A model generated the notes under the pieces. It worked only from the letters and a program-made list of their open reading frames with translations. It was not told the origin of the DNA and did no database searches. A stretch of DNA of 64,000 nucleotides from Ptychomitrium polyphyllum (Eukaryota): NCBI GenBank assembly GCA_973851085.1, contig OZ316776.1:1116001-1180000 (forward strand), read 5' to 3'. The position numbers and the translations under genes were made by a program. Position 1 is the stretch's first letter, and each line of letters starts with the position of its first letter. Positions 39,942-56,976 of the stretch are shown here, piece after piece.

Positions 39942-42737
39942 ACATATAATCTCCTTGTGTTACGTATGATGCTTGTTCTTGCTTAATATTTGCAGGAATT
40001 TACATACACCAATTTGCAAATACATCTGTGGTGCTATAACTTTTTTAATTCTTTCTGTAGTAGGCACAAATGACGTGTTTAGTCTTCACTTCTAAGATAA
40101 TTAGTTCTCCTTTCCAGCGTTCGTGCAACTCAGTAATGCCAATACTGGAAGCTGAAGAGTTTGTTTACTTTGAAGGAAGTTATTATGTCAATCCTATCAT
40201 GTGATTCGGTACTGCCAGTGTCTTGTGGAAATTAAGGAGGGGCTGTTTTTTTATAACACTATCATTGGTCATAGTGTGCGTCATTTTATCTCTAAAACGT
40301 TTCTTTTGCCTTTCAAATATCTTCGTGCTCTCCTGTGGGACTTTCAAGGTGAGTAGGTGAACACGTGGCATGCTGACATAATTCAAGCTCTTAGCAAGCT
40401 ACTGATATCTATCAAGATCATTGGAGTCAGTACTCTCCAGACCCTGAAATTTGAACATTTGGCCTCTTAATCTAAGGGGTCCACATTCCAAGATAGTAAG
40501 ATATGGTACTTTAGTATGTAGTGGGAGAGGTATGCTACGACCAAGAAAGTTGAAACTGGAGACTTAAATTTTTGTGCAACTTCTAGAAGCAACTGACAGG
40601 CATTACCAAAACCCTTCAGATTGGAATTTGGTTGTCCAAAGATTAAAAACTGAATATACTGTTAAGAAGTTGGGCTGCTTGGAAGGAAGGGAGCCTAGCA
40701 GATTTGTACAACTGATGGCAATGCTAAGTGCGACTGTGGTTTCCATGGTCTTACCTCCTGCTTTGTTGACACAAGTATCCGAGTAGGTAGGTGATTTTCT
40801 TACTATGCCTCTCCACCACTCTTCTCCTGGTCCGCCTTTTCTCCTCCATCCTCAACTTAACTTACATTAAATGGTTTGATTTAGGTGGCACATACTTGAG
40901 TGTCCTTCCCAAAATATAGCTATTGTAGACATGATACATGAAAATCACCTTTCTTGATTCCACCATGTACTCATCAGACCTGAGCCCAAATAACAAAAAC
41001 ACCATTATTTACAGCAATTCCTCACAGCAACATCACATTTTTCCAATGCCATTATGTCCCAAAAGGTTCAAAGGTACATAGTAGAACAATGCCCCATTCA
41101 TGCAATGTCAATACACTTCAATGTGTTAACTCCCGAAGCTAGCGTCAGGACAACTATTATAAAGCTATCAAGTCAAGCAGCAGGCTTGGCCTTATCCAGA
41201 CCCTCTGCAGCACACTTTCATGGAACCATGACACATGGCCACATAAAATTTCCCTACAGAACAACAGTACATAATGGTACCTTCTACTGTATTTTCCCCC
41301 ACAGAGGAAGAGACAAGGCCTATCCGAAAATGAATAAGCAACTGGGCTCTAATTTGACTTTCAAATCTTCATTGCTATTTGATTGTTCCAAAATCTACAA
41401 TATTTCATAGATTTGAAGGGCCACAAATAAGTGCCATGTCCGACATAGTCCAGACATATCAAAACGAAGACAGGCTCACGAGTCACAATGTGGACAAACT
41501 CTTGTCCAATGCACCAGATATCCGTCTGCCTAGAACCTGAGCATCAAACGAGTAGAACCAGGAAATATAAAAAGTATGGCTGGGTATACGACCAGTCGAC
41601 CGAGTCCCACAGACATTCAACAACGAGCAGACAGGTTTACGACTTATGAAACTTGCCCACTTCATCATAATACCCATCCAAGTATCACGTGAGTGTCACG
41701 CAAATGGCACCCTGGTATAGCACAAATAAGAGAAGGGTATTACGCCAATATCTCCTGGATATCACACGCGAAGTGGACGTGAGAAACCCCTAGTTTCAGC
41801 TTGCAAGGCAACCTTGGAGCTCAAGTTATAAGCACGAGTCACCTTCATCGCTGACTCCTCTGCTCGGAGATCCCGGATTGCTTATGCGTGAGGCACTGCG
41901 AGAAAGGAGTCATGATAACTGTTGTGTAGAAGTTTTGGCTATGGAGTGAGTGAATTTGGATAAATATCGTTTGTCTGTATGATTCACTCTGTCGCTTCAA
42001 GCTCATCAGAGGTTAACGCTGCTGGTTGCGGAGTTTCTGTAGCGGCGACGACGCGTATTGGATGATTATTTGTTCTGACAAGTTGACAGGCGATTGATTG
42101 TCGGGAAGGCGCCTACTTTTTGGTTGTCACCACTGACCATGGTGGAGTTTCGCATCGGCCTTTCGCATATGCCATTGCATTGTTCGTGATTGCTAAGTTT
42201 TCTTACATCAGCTCAAAACTTTCCATTGTTGGAGTCTTATAATTGGCATTGCGATGCGAGTTTCCAATCTTGATTGGTAGAGTTGATGAATTTTGATGAT
42301 TTCTCGTAGGTTAAAGTATTTCTTTTCAAGTGGCCGATCGGGAGTATTATTAAGTAAGCGAGAGTCGGGACGAGAGTGTGGAGGAGAGGAGCTTTTCGTT
42401 CACGTTAAGTTGTTGAGGAGTGAAGACAGGGTCGGCGTTGCTTTGCTGCTTGGTGTAGGAGGGGGACGAGGATGAGAGGCGAAAGCAAGGTTTGAGAAGA
42501 CGTTTTAAGGCAGTTTTTCTTGTCCTTTTAGCTGTATTTCTTGTTGTTTTGATTCCCCGCTGTGTAAGAGAAGAACTGCGCATACGTCTAGTGTTGTAAG
42601 AGCAGGGAAGAAAGAAGGAAGAAGAAGCTGTAGTTGTTGGCGGAGAGGTTGCTGTGTATCGCGAGGGAAGAAACAGGGGAGACGGGACGAGAGCGGCGAG
42701 CGGGGACGAGAGAAAGGAAGAGCTGGGGGGGTCGGGA

Positions 42738-47971
<5,234 letters not shown>

Positions 47972-48986
47972 ACATAATTTTCTGTTTCAGTCCTCATGCT
48001 TTCTTGGATTCTGCAGCTAGGTTTTGATTTTGCACACAACAGCCCATTTCCTTTTGCACCTAGTCTGTTATTTTGTTTTATGGTAGAGATGTTAATCTGC
48101 CTATTATATCCGTTTAAATAAGGAAGCAGCAATGGAGTCGATTGAGGAGGATTGACGTTCGGTATTTTGACTAGTGTCTGACTTACTTTTGCCTATAGCT
48201 TGAGCTTCTAGATGGTTATTTGAATACTGTAGTGAATTTGTACCACCAATAGAAGAATTCCTATGTTGTGAATATTGGCTTTACTAATTCGCTCTGGATG
48301 TAATAGTGATAGTCGAGCCTAAAATGTGTCGACTGCAAATCTCCCATAATGTCTATATTCTATAATATGCTTTAGACATTTTGACTATTAAATTACATGG
48401 ATAGCTTAGAAGATTCTGACTAAGAAAACGTTTAGAGAACCAAATGCACGAAACAGTATCAAACTCCAACCAAGCATTCAATATGTAGGTCTAGATCTCT
48501 AGACCTGGACATGTTTTGGTTGGAAAGAGCACTCCAATCTGGATACCAGTTGTCGATGCTTCTGGGAATTTAGTTGTATAAACAATGTAGCTTTATATAT
48601 GGTTTACAGTCTGTTATACACTTCCCTTCTGAGACTCCTATGGGAACGTTTAGACTTTATAACGGATTCCACTAAAGACCTAGTGGACTATGTACTTTTT
48701 CCTACATGTTCACACTGGAGACAATAATTTCAAACAGGTGACAGCGTTAATATTTGTAAATACGTATCTGAGATGGTGTGCTACGCTAGGTTTTGTCTTG
48801 AACCTTGCTGTATATTCATAGCTGAGACCTTCTACTGCACACAATTTAATCCAATCTCCGGAGTGAAGTGAAAGCTGGATTTCAGAGTAGTTGGCGTAGA
48901 GGTAGCAAGGATATCGATGCATCTTCATTCTCTTCTTTGCATAGGCTAAAGCTTACGAACTATGATTTTCAATGGTGATCCAGTTA

Positions 48987-49637
48987 TTAACAGCGTGCCC
49001 ATCTTGGTTTAGCATTAGAATTTTCGCACTGCTTCTCGAGTCTTCGCTCCCGAATCTGACAAGCTTCCTCTCTCAACACGGCCACATATTGGTTACCTAT
49101 GCAGTGCCTCTTGCATTCATAGGGGGAAGGGCAAGGAGAGCAGCAGTTGCTATCCTTCTTGCATGTGTACTGTAGTGGGCATGGTGACTTGGGTAAGAAG
49201 CTGATGTTCACCCTACTTCCAGGCTTGCCGCAGCACGTCCTCCTTGGAGGGCTGTAATTGAGTCCCATAGTGACAGGCTTGCAAGGTTTACTAAAGGGCT
49301 CAGGTTTGAACTCCGAATGATTGCCGAATGCAACATGGCCTCGAGCATGTTGGCGATGTACGCTACGCACTTTCTTATTGCTTGGCATATAACTACCACA
49401 GCCACAACTACCACCACGGCAGCGCATCGCTACCGCGTCGTGAGTGCAACGAACGATTCCTTTACCAACACTGCGGTGCGGGCTTTCCATTCCATGACCA
49501 CTTTTAAGTTCCTTCGCGTTACCATAGTTTATAAGGGTCACCAGCTGATCTCGTGCATCAGAAAGAGCTTGTGCCAAAGAAGTCACAACGTCCCAGATGT
49601 TCCCCGCTTCATTTCTATTATTATTTCCACGCTTCAT
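48987..49637 (-). CDS. Hypothetical Cys-rich basic protein (216 aa from ATG 49637; upstream exons possible)
   Basis: Open frame 49787-48987. A splice acceptor (gatgcag|GGT ATG) sits just before the ATG. Predicted helical N-part (IWDVVTSLAQALSDARDQLVTL) followed by CxC/CC/CPxP clusters. No family recognised. Confidence 0.5.
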   Translation of the reverse strand: MKRGNNNRNEAGNIWDVVTSLAQALSDARDQLVTLINYGNAKELKSGHGMESPHRSVGKGIVRCTHDAVAMRCRGGSCGCGSYMPSNKKVRSVHRQHARGHVAFGNHSEFKPEPFSKPCKPVTMGLNYSPPRRTCCGKPGSRVNISFLPKSPCPLQYTCKKDSNCCSPCPSPYECKRHCIGNQYVAVLREEACQIRERRLEKQCENSNAKPRWARC

Positions 49638-49817
49638 ACCCTGCATCATCAGGATGTATATGTGCATTAAGAATGATCCTGGTTTCTGGAACTTCTCCGC
49701 AACTTCAAGCCTCCATGTTGCTACATCCTTCCAGCCTCGTGAAGGAACTTGTGAAATAAGAAATGGTCTCCAGAATTTTCCAAGCAATCAACCAAGGCCG
49801 TGTCATATAATTTGCTC

Positions 49818-49907
49818 AGCCACTAACTGCTAAGAATCAACGCTTCAAATCTAATGGAACGCCTGTACTAAGAAATGTGGACCGTTGATTTTCAGCAGTT
49901 AGTGGCT
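49818..49907. ncRNA. Candidate MIRNA-like hairpin
   Basis: Arms agccactaactgctaagaatcaacg (49818-49842) and cgttgattttcagcagttagtggct (49883-49907): 23 Watson-Crick pairs, 1 G:U and 1 mismatch, around a 40-nt loop. Confidence 0.45.
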
Positions 49908-52038
49908 TGGAACAGGCCCTTTGACATGAAGTGGTGGAACCTTGTCTTAACAGAAGCCATGACTTCAGCAGACCGAGAAATCTGGTAATCTAGTTTATAC
50001 AAGAACATGCTCAAAGATTGTTACTAATTCCATTGTTTAAGATTGTAAGCAGGGGCATGAAGAAAACAAAACTCCGCAAGTTGGAGAGTATCACCAATCG
50101 ACCACCTTCGCAAACACCACAAGAGACGAGATTGATGTGCAAATCCTTAGGCTTTTCCAAACATAAAGTTCATGTATTCGGGTGATGTTGTCTCGTGCGC
50201 AGACTGACCTTTCGTTCCAACTCCTTCAGTGGAGCAGTTTTTATCAGTACATCTAAAACAAAGAATGTTGTGACTGTTACTCTAAAGAGTTGGCTTTGCT
50301 TGGAGAAACTTGCAGGGAGCTAAAAACAAAAATAGCTCCAGATAAGAATGTAGCCATATTCTTGGAGCAAGTATCTTTGGAACGTAAGCTCAGAATTTTA
50401 CCATGAAACACAAGTCTGGCTACAGCTATTATCGCTGCAAAGATTCCTTAACCGACAATTATGAGGCTTCAAATTCAAGGTCAGCGACGGCCATAATTTT
50501 AGGATCGTTACCTGCAAAGTAGCGCCACACATATCAGCTACTGACGTAATTGAGCACGTATTCTGGATCTCCGTTGTCTTTGAAATTTGAGAATGTTCAT
50601 GTCAACTAGGGCATTTAAATAATGCATCGAAGCAACCTAAGCGCTCTGTTCCAGTGACCATGAACTTTAATCCCTGGAGAATGACTCAAATTTATCCTCA
50701 TAAACAAATATAATCGGCCTGCATTGTAACCTGCACTCCCTAAACCGAAAAATGACTAGGAGCTCAATGAGAATAACAAGAAGATCCAGAAATAGAAATA
50801 TGCAGATTTTGTTGTCCTAAAAGTTGAAAACGCGACACGACTGCGGGAGTACGCAAGTAGCGACGAGGGCTACCGGTAGTGGTGCTGCATTGGGCTCACC
50901 ATAGCCCATCAGTCGGGGTGCTCTCAAGAACCTGGAATCTCAAGTCTTGAAGAAGCCGATTGCCCTCGTTGACACAACCAAGCTTAAGTAGAACTAAAGA
51001 GGAAATGATAGTTCACGAGAAGAAGCGCGACAAAATGGCCGAAGCTGAACTTTCCGTGCAGCGGTGCGTCTTTTCCCTTCAAACGACAGCACGAAGCTGG
51101 TCGAGTAGTGCTCCCCTCTTCGAAGTCGAATATTCCATAATGTTGAATCTCAAGCATCATGGAGTACCCGACTAAGCAAGACGGGTTGTAACACTCGCAA
51201 TGCATACTCACATGTCTTAACGAAGAGAAATAAATTGGACTACTTAAAATAAAAACTTCCAACCGTCTGTTCAGGTCCTACGGCATCGCTTCACCTTGTA
51301 TGCCTTCTTCACATGGTTGATGCATTCCATCCACACCACCAGACTCTGTTTCTTGAACACTGTAATAGCATAAGCTGTTATAATCCAATTTAACTAAGAG
51401 CAACACACACTATGTGCATATCAACATTACCAGACATCAATGTATGGCATCTTGGTAGCTTTAGGACTCAGTAAACTATTGTTTGATAATGTATAAGACT
51501 GGATGGTATTAGGCAATGTACCATAATTATGTTGAGCACCCAAAGGAATTGGAAGTGTCAAGACTACGAGATCCAGAACCTGAATATCATTATATTACGT
51601 ATATGAACCAATTTGTAAACAAATTCTTATTAGATCACAGCAGGAAGACATTCAGACTCCCGTGCCACTGAAAAGAAAATAGAAACCAAAAATATATCTA
51701 CATTACGGCTGACCGTCAAAGTAAGTCTCACGCGAATCACAACATGAAGTCCGTCCAAAAGACCTAACGAGAATAGGCTGATTGAATGTAAAGGCCGTGC
51801 ACTTAATTTGTCGATAACGATGTATCGAGCTACAGCTCAGAGATGCCTACAACTGTAGAATGAACCTGATATCGAAGAAAAAATCGAAGGCAGGTAGGGA
51901 TGCGGCAATCTACATAACTCACCTAGTTACCAGCGGGAGACCAGTAAACAACATTAGCACCAAAACCTTAAACCTGAAGAAATTGCAGCCTTCAAACTGA
52001 CGGTGCTGCATACTCCTCGCCTACTACGCGGAAAATTT

Positions 52039-52632
52039 TTAGAACCTAGACATCTGTTGTTGCGGAGGGGGGATCGTTTCACGCGGCTGAATCTTGCCGT
52101 CTCTCTTATCGAGCTCCAGCTTGTGTTGCGTTTGAATACACGCGCACACAGTGCAGTAGGAAATGTCGGCAATGCGATCGGTAATCACCGCGGCCTCGTC
52201 AATGAAAGGGATGCTGGTCACCATAGCCGCGATCCAGCAAAGACAGTTCAAATACTGCGCAAAAAACATGCTCGCAATGATGCAGTTGTCACACTTCGTA
52301 TTCTGGATCTGAAGCGCATCCTGCAACATGAAGCGCGTCGCAGACACGGCCAAAGTGAAGCACAACGTGACCTCCACTACGGCGCACAACTGCGGGCACT
52401 TGGACTCCCCGCACGATCCGCTGCACGGCATACCTCCCCCGCAGCACTGGTACCGCGACCAGTCGTCATACAGCACTCGCCCTCGCTGCTGGTACGCCAC
52501 CAGACACGGACACCACATCGCGTAGCAACAATATGCCGGCGCCTCCAATGGCGTCCGCAGCAACTCCGAATGCCACATGTTCGGCAGATGCTTCCGCGCC
52601 TCATACACCTCCATGTTTTTCGAGTTCGCCAT
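52039..52632 (-). CDS. PLAC8-family Cys-rich membrane protein (At1g63830/At5g41390-like), intronless CDS
   Basis: ATG 52632 to TAA 52039. Contains WHSELL, YCCYAMWCPC, RYQCCGGGMPCSGSCGESKCPQLC, TRFMLQD..IQNTKCDNCII and YCTVCACIQTQHKLELDKRDG, ending PPPQQQMSRF. Confidence 0.92.
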   Translation of the reverse strand: MANSKNMEVYEARKHLPNMWHSELLRTPLEAPAYCCYAMWCPCLVAYQQRGRVLYDDWSRYQCCGGGMPCSGSCGESKCPQLCAVVEVTLCFTLAVSATRFMLQDALQIQNTKCDNCIIASMFFAQYLNCLCWIAAMVTSIPFIDEAAVITDRIADISYCTVCACIQTQHKLELDKRDGKIQPRETIPPPQQQMSRF

Positions 52633-52799
52633 CGCTGAGGACACTCTCCTAAGGCCTTCTCCTTAACGTCAACTGATCCCTCTCCGAAAACTTAACCTCG
52701 AAAAACTCCTCCCGGACGCTCTACTAACCCTAGCAAAGCGCTAAAAGCATCGCCGTATCCTCAAGAAACCACCGAACTCCACCAAAACTGGACCAAAAC

Positions 52800-54600
52800 A
52801 GGCGGGAGCAAAAAAAGTTTTTAAAATTTAGTCTTTTAAATGGGCTTAACTTTTAGAAAAAATATTTATTTAAATTCAAACAAAATTCAAGGAATGTCTT
52901 TGTATGCAAAAGATTATTGCAGCAAATGATATTAAATGATGTAAAAAAATTTAAGTTTTTGAAAAAAATGTACAAATTTTGGATTTCCTTTAATTCTTAG
53001 AAATAATTAATAAATTTAGTTACATTCAATTCTAGAATTATTTTACACATTTAGGATTTTCATTCTATCATTAAAAAATGTGAAACTAAAAATGTTTTCT
53101 AGAAATCAAATACATTTCAAATTTAATAAACTTCACATCCTTAAAAAGTTTAATTAAAAAAAAACGTTATATTCATTTTCAACAATCAAGAAAGTAGAAG
53201 TTTATTTAATCAAAATTGTGAAAGATTTCAATTTAATTTTTTTAACTTCAACAATTAAATAATTAATGGTTTCATAAAATCCTACTTTTATAAATTTACA
53301 TTTTAATATATCACAATAAGTTTATTTTAAAATGGTGAAGACATTCTTTGTAATCAAATTTCTTAGAAAATTTTGTTATAAGCTTTCAAATTTTTTTTGA
53401 AAAAATTTAGAACATGGATCATAAAATATATTTGTACAAACGTTTATTTGAGTTTTGAGATTTAACTAAATATTTTTTATATCAATTCTAAATTTTTTGA
53501 CTAAATTGACCACTTATTATGGTCCTTAGTATTTTTCAAATTGAAGATAAACAGTACAACTTTTTAATTATATATTCTTGCCTTTATTGGTGTTTTTTGT
53601 ATTAAATTTTATTTTTTACATTCTAATTATATTATAAATGAATCTTTGGCAGTTAAATAATTTAGTTATATAGAAAAAAGAATAAAATCAAGCATAATAT
53701 GAATCAATTCTCTAATAATGTATGAAACTAATTCACTTGATTTTTTTCAAAAAGTCCTTTAAATGCATCTTATTTGTTGATTTTAATATAAACTTTACAA
53801 CAAGTTCCAAATTTATCATTTCAATTTTTCATCATTAGATGGTTTTAGTATATCTTGTTTCTTCTCTTAATAATTAAAATTACTTAAATATTAAGTATTT
53901 ATAAATTATAACATTAAGAATATTTTATCTTCTTTTATAAATCTTCTACATTATAATTCAAATTTTTATTTATTCATATTCAAATTTACCTTAAGTTAAT
54001 TGTTTAAAATAAAAATCTAAATCAAATATTTTCTACACACATGAATTCATTTATAAACAAACCTTCATGTAGTTTTTTTTAAATGAATGTTAAGTGAAAT
54101 AATAGTTAAATAACAAAGATTAATAATCTTTAAAGATCAATGTATTAATTGAATAAATTATTGAGAAACTAAATACACGCAATGTATAATATTTTATCAA
54201 GAGGTGATATACAAATGATTCAAAACTTGGTAATAAGTGCCATATATCACAATATAATTGATTGGAAACCCTCTAAATTGATGTAGAAATTCAATTTTAG
54301 TTCTAACAATTTACAATTCCCTTCCTTCTACATTGTTGTGAATTTAGCTAAGTTTGAAGTTTACATTACATTCATAGGCACTTGAAACTATTCTTGCTTA
54401 ATTCAAAAAATTAAAAATTAACAATAAATAATGGTGAAGGCATGTGACAATGAGTAAATGAAGGCATAAATTAAATTTAGTGACTTAGTACACAAACTCT
54501 CTTAACCTTCAATGGAATGAGGTTTTAACAATGGCATGGTACCTTTGAATGATAGAATGATTCATGTGGACATAGGATTGTGGAGGGTTCACTGAAATTT
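52800..54600. other. Very AT-rich intergenic block
   Basis: Extreme AT content, no ORF of 60 aa or more, no recognisable element ends. Confidence 0.35.
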
Positions 54601-55795
54601 ATCATGTAAGGATTTATGTACACAATTCAACTCATTTTCAGTACCATAGCTTTTTATGATACCAGCATGATTATAACTTGTGCAAAACACCCACCAATTG
54701 CAACATCATGAATGCCTCAAGAAGCTGCAGCCCCTTCAAGCATTTTGCCATGGGCAAATTTAAACAGCCTACAGTACTCCTACAATATGATACTTTCTGG
54801 ATCAGATTTTAATACATGCTGATGTCAATTTCTACAAAGAAAATGTGCAACACAAATTGTCAAACTCCCACACTTGTGAAGTACTCAGAAATGATGCACG
54901 GGTCCGTCTACAGCATTCAAACATAATTTTGGAGCAAACAACTTGCACAATGCCCAAGTTCAGTGAACAGATTTCTATTCTCTCTACTGTTGCAAACCTT
55001 CACCTCAAGGAACACTGTATGACTTAAATGTTTCACCTTTTCAAAGACTCAAGTACAAAGACAATGATAAAGAAGAAGAGGGACTAGTATAAATAAGCAT
55101 TTATTTGTTCTATCTTAGAACCTATGTCCCTAAAATAAAGGATAGTAATATAGAACTATTTCTTTCTATAAGGAAGTAGACATTATATGGAAAATAACAT
55201 CATAAATAACTCTAAAGAAATACTAAACAGCCAAGGCACTAAATAATGTGAATAAGCTATTACGTGCTAAAAGTATAAGTATCATGTCTTTATAGAAGGA
55301 GGACTTCAGGTCATGCGCTCAATTATTAATTTGGTGTGAGTGTATATTTACATATACCTTATCAAAGTTTAAAACCAGGTAGACTTACATGAGCAAGAAT
55401 GTATAATTGTGTTGATTTGGTGGTATTATGTGAATAATTTGATAAGCAAGGAAAAAGTCAAGCAACCAATAGCATATTAAATTGATTGTGATCTACTCCT
55501 ACAAAGCTAACATTCATAAAAACATTCATAAGTTAACATTATACTACAAGATTTTTGTGGGAGGTTTGAAAGATTGGATAAAGGTTGGTTGTTTTAAAGT
55601 CTACTTTTAATTGATAGTATGAACACAACATATTGTATAGTGGTTGTGTTAATGTTTCTAAAGGTGTTTTTGCTGGATATGTAAGAGATGTTGAATTGAT
55701 CTTTTAGTATTGCCATTGGTATAATATGCATTGTTGCTTCAGCACCAAATGTGATGACTATGATGAATTTAAATGTCTAGACTCTTGATCTAATG

Positions 55796-55853
55796 TTATT
55801 GATGAGTGGTTGATATCTATTAAATTATTGATGAGTGGTTAATATCTATTAAA
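55796..55853. repeat. 29-bp tandem duplication
   Basis: ttattgatgagtggtt(g/a)atatctattaaa x2. Confidence 0.9.
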
Positions 55854-56976
55854 TCTTTTTGTTTCATTACAATTAGTAAATTTAATGAATTACATAACAA
55901 TTTTTAAGTTTGGGGTTTTAGAGGCGAGTTCAATTCACACAGACATAGGAGAACAATATTCAAAGATTTTGCAGTCTTTTAACTTACTCTCCGCCCAAAT
56001 GACTCAATCCAAGACTACAACCTGGTTAACTTCAGCAATTCAAAAACTCCTAGCTTCTGCCGTACCAGAGTTCAAATTTCCAAGCAAATACATGCATGAC
56101 GACCACGTTACTCGATGATAGTTCTGATTGAGATAAGTCCAACAAGAACACCTGTTTTAAACGCAGCATTTGAGTCAACTTGTTCACCTGCCATAGAGTA
56201 GCGCGCCAAAAGCAAGAACGGGCAAAATGAATAGCAGAAATCAGAAGTATACTTGCCAAAGTGAACAGTTCAACGGAGCTGCAGTCAAGAAGATCACCGT
56301 ACAAAAGTGTTTCCACTTCTTCGCTAGACTTGCAGCATGACAAGTCTTATAGTATCAGGGAAAGTTAGACGATGATCTCTGTTTGTGAGTTCCAGTGTTT
56401 CCTCAACAAATGGAAGTTAGAATTTGGAAAAACAAGACCTACCTCACCTGGAAGCATGGTTGATATATTGCTGCTACAAGTGTTGTGTGCAGAACCACGC
56501 TCGAAATGCTCATTCTCGGGAAGAGAGAAAGGACCATGTCAGAGGGTCATGGCAATATACCACTGCATCATGTCCTCATTCTACGCATAGTTCCCCCGGA
56601 ATACAAACAAACAGACGAGTCCGTGAGCTGTCGACACATCGGGATTACAAAGAGATGCAACCACCAGGTATATTTACTACTTAAAAAAATTGTAGCTAGA
56701 AGTGTATCATTCGTCTGCGAATCCCTAAAGGGCTACCCAGAACTACTTCGATGATGGCAATGTGCCACCAGCCCACAGTATTTGTACCGGCCACTATATC
56801 TGTGGGGTCCCCAAAAGGCTCAAAAAAAGAGGGAAAAATCTAGATAACTTGTTGATGTGGACTATATGGTACAGAGATGGCGTACACCGAAAGCAAGATC
56901 ATCGACACTATCAATGTACGCCGAAGTTGAGCATCCGAAAAACAACATGAGAATCCTTCACACAAGATTTGAACAG

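Noticed and set aside
42471..42600. Basic plus hydrophobic membrane-anchor-like peptide in frame with AlaAT
   Set aside because: No start codon, separated from the CDS by TAA, and explained by a pyrimidine tract ending ttttag.
48488..48507. Short inverted repeat aggtctaga-tc-tctagacct
   Set aside because: A 9-bp stem with a 2-nt loop is expected by chance in 64 kb and has no supporting context.
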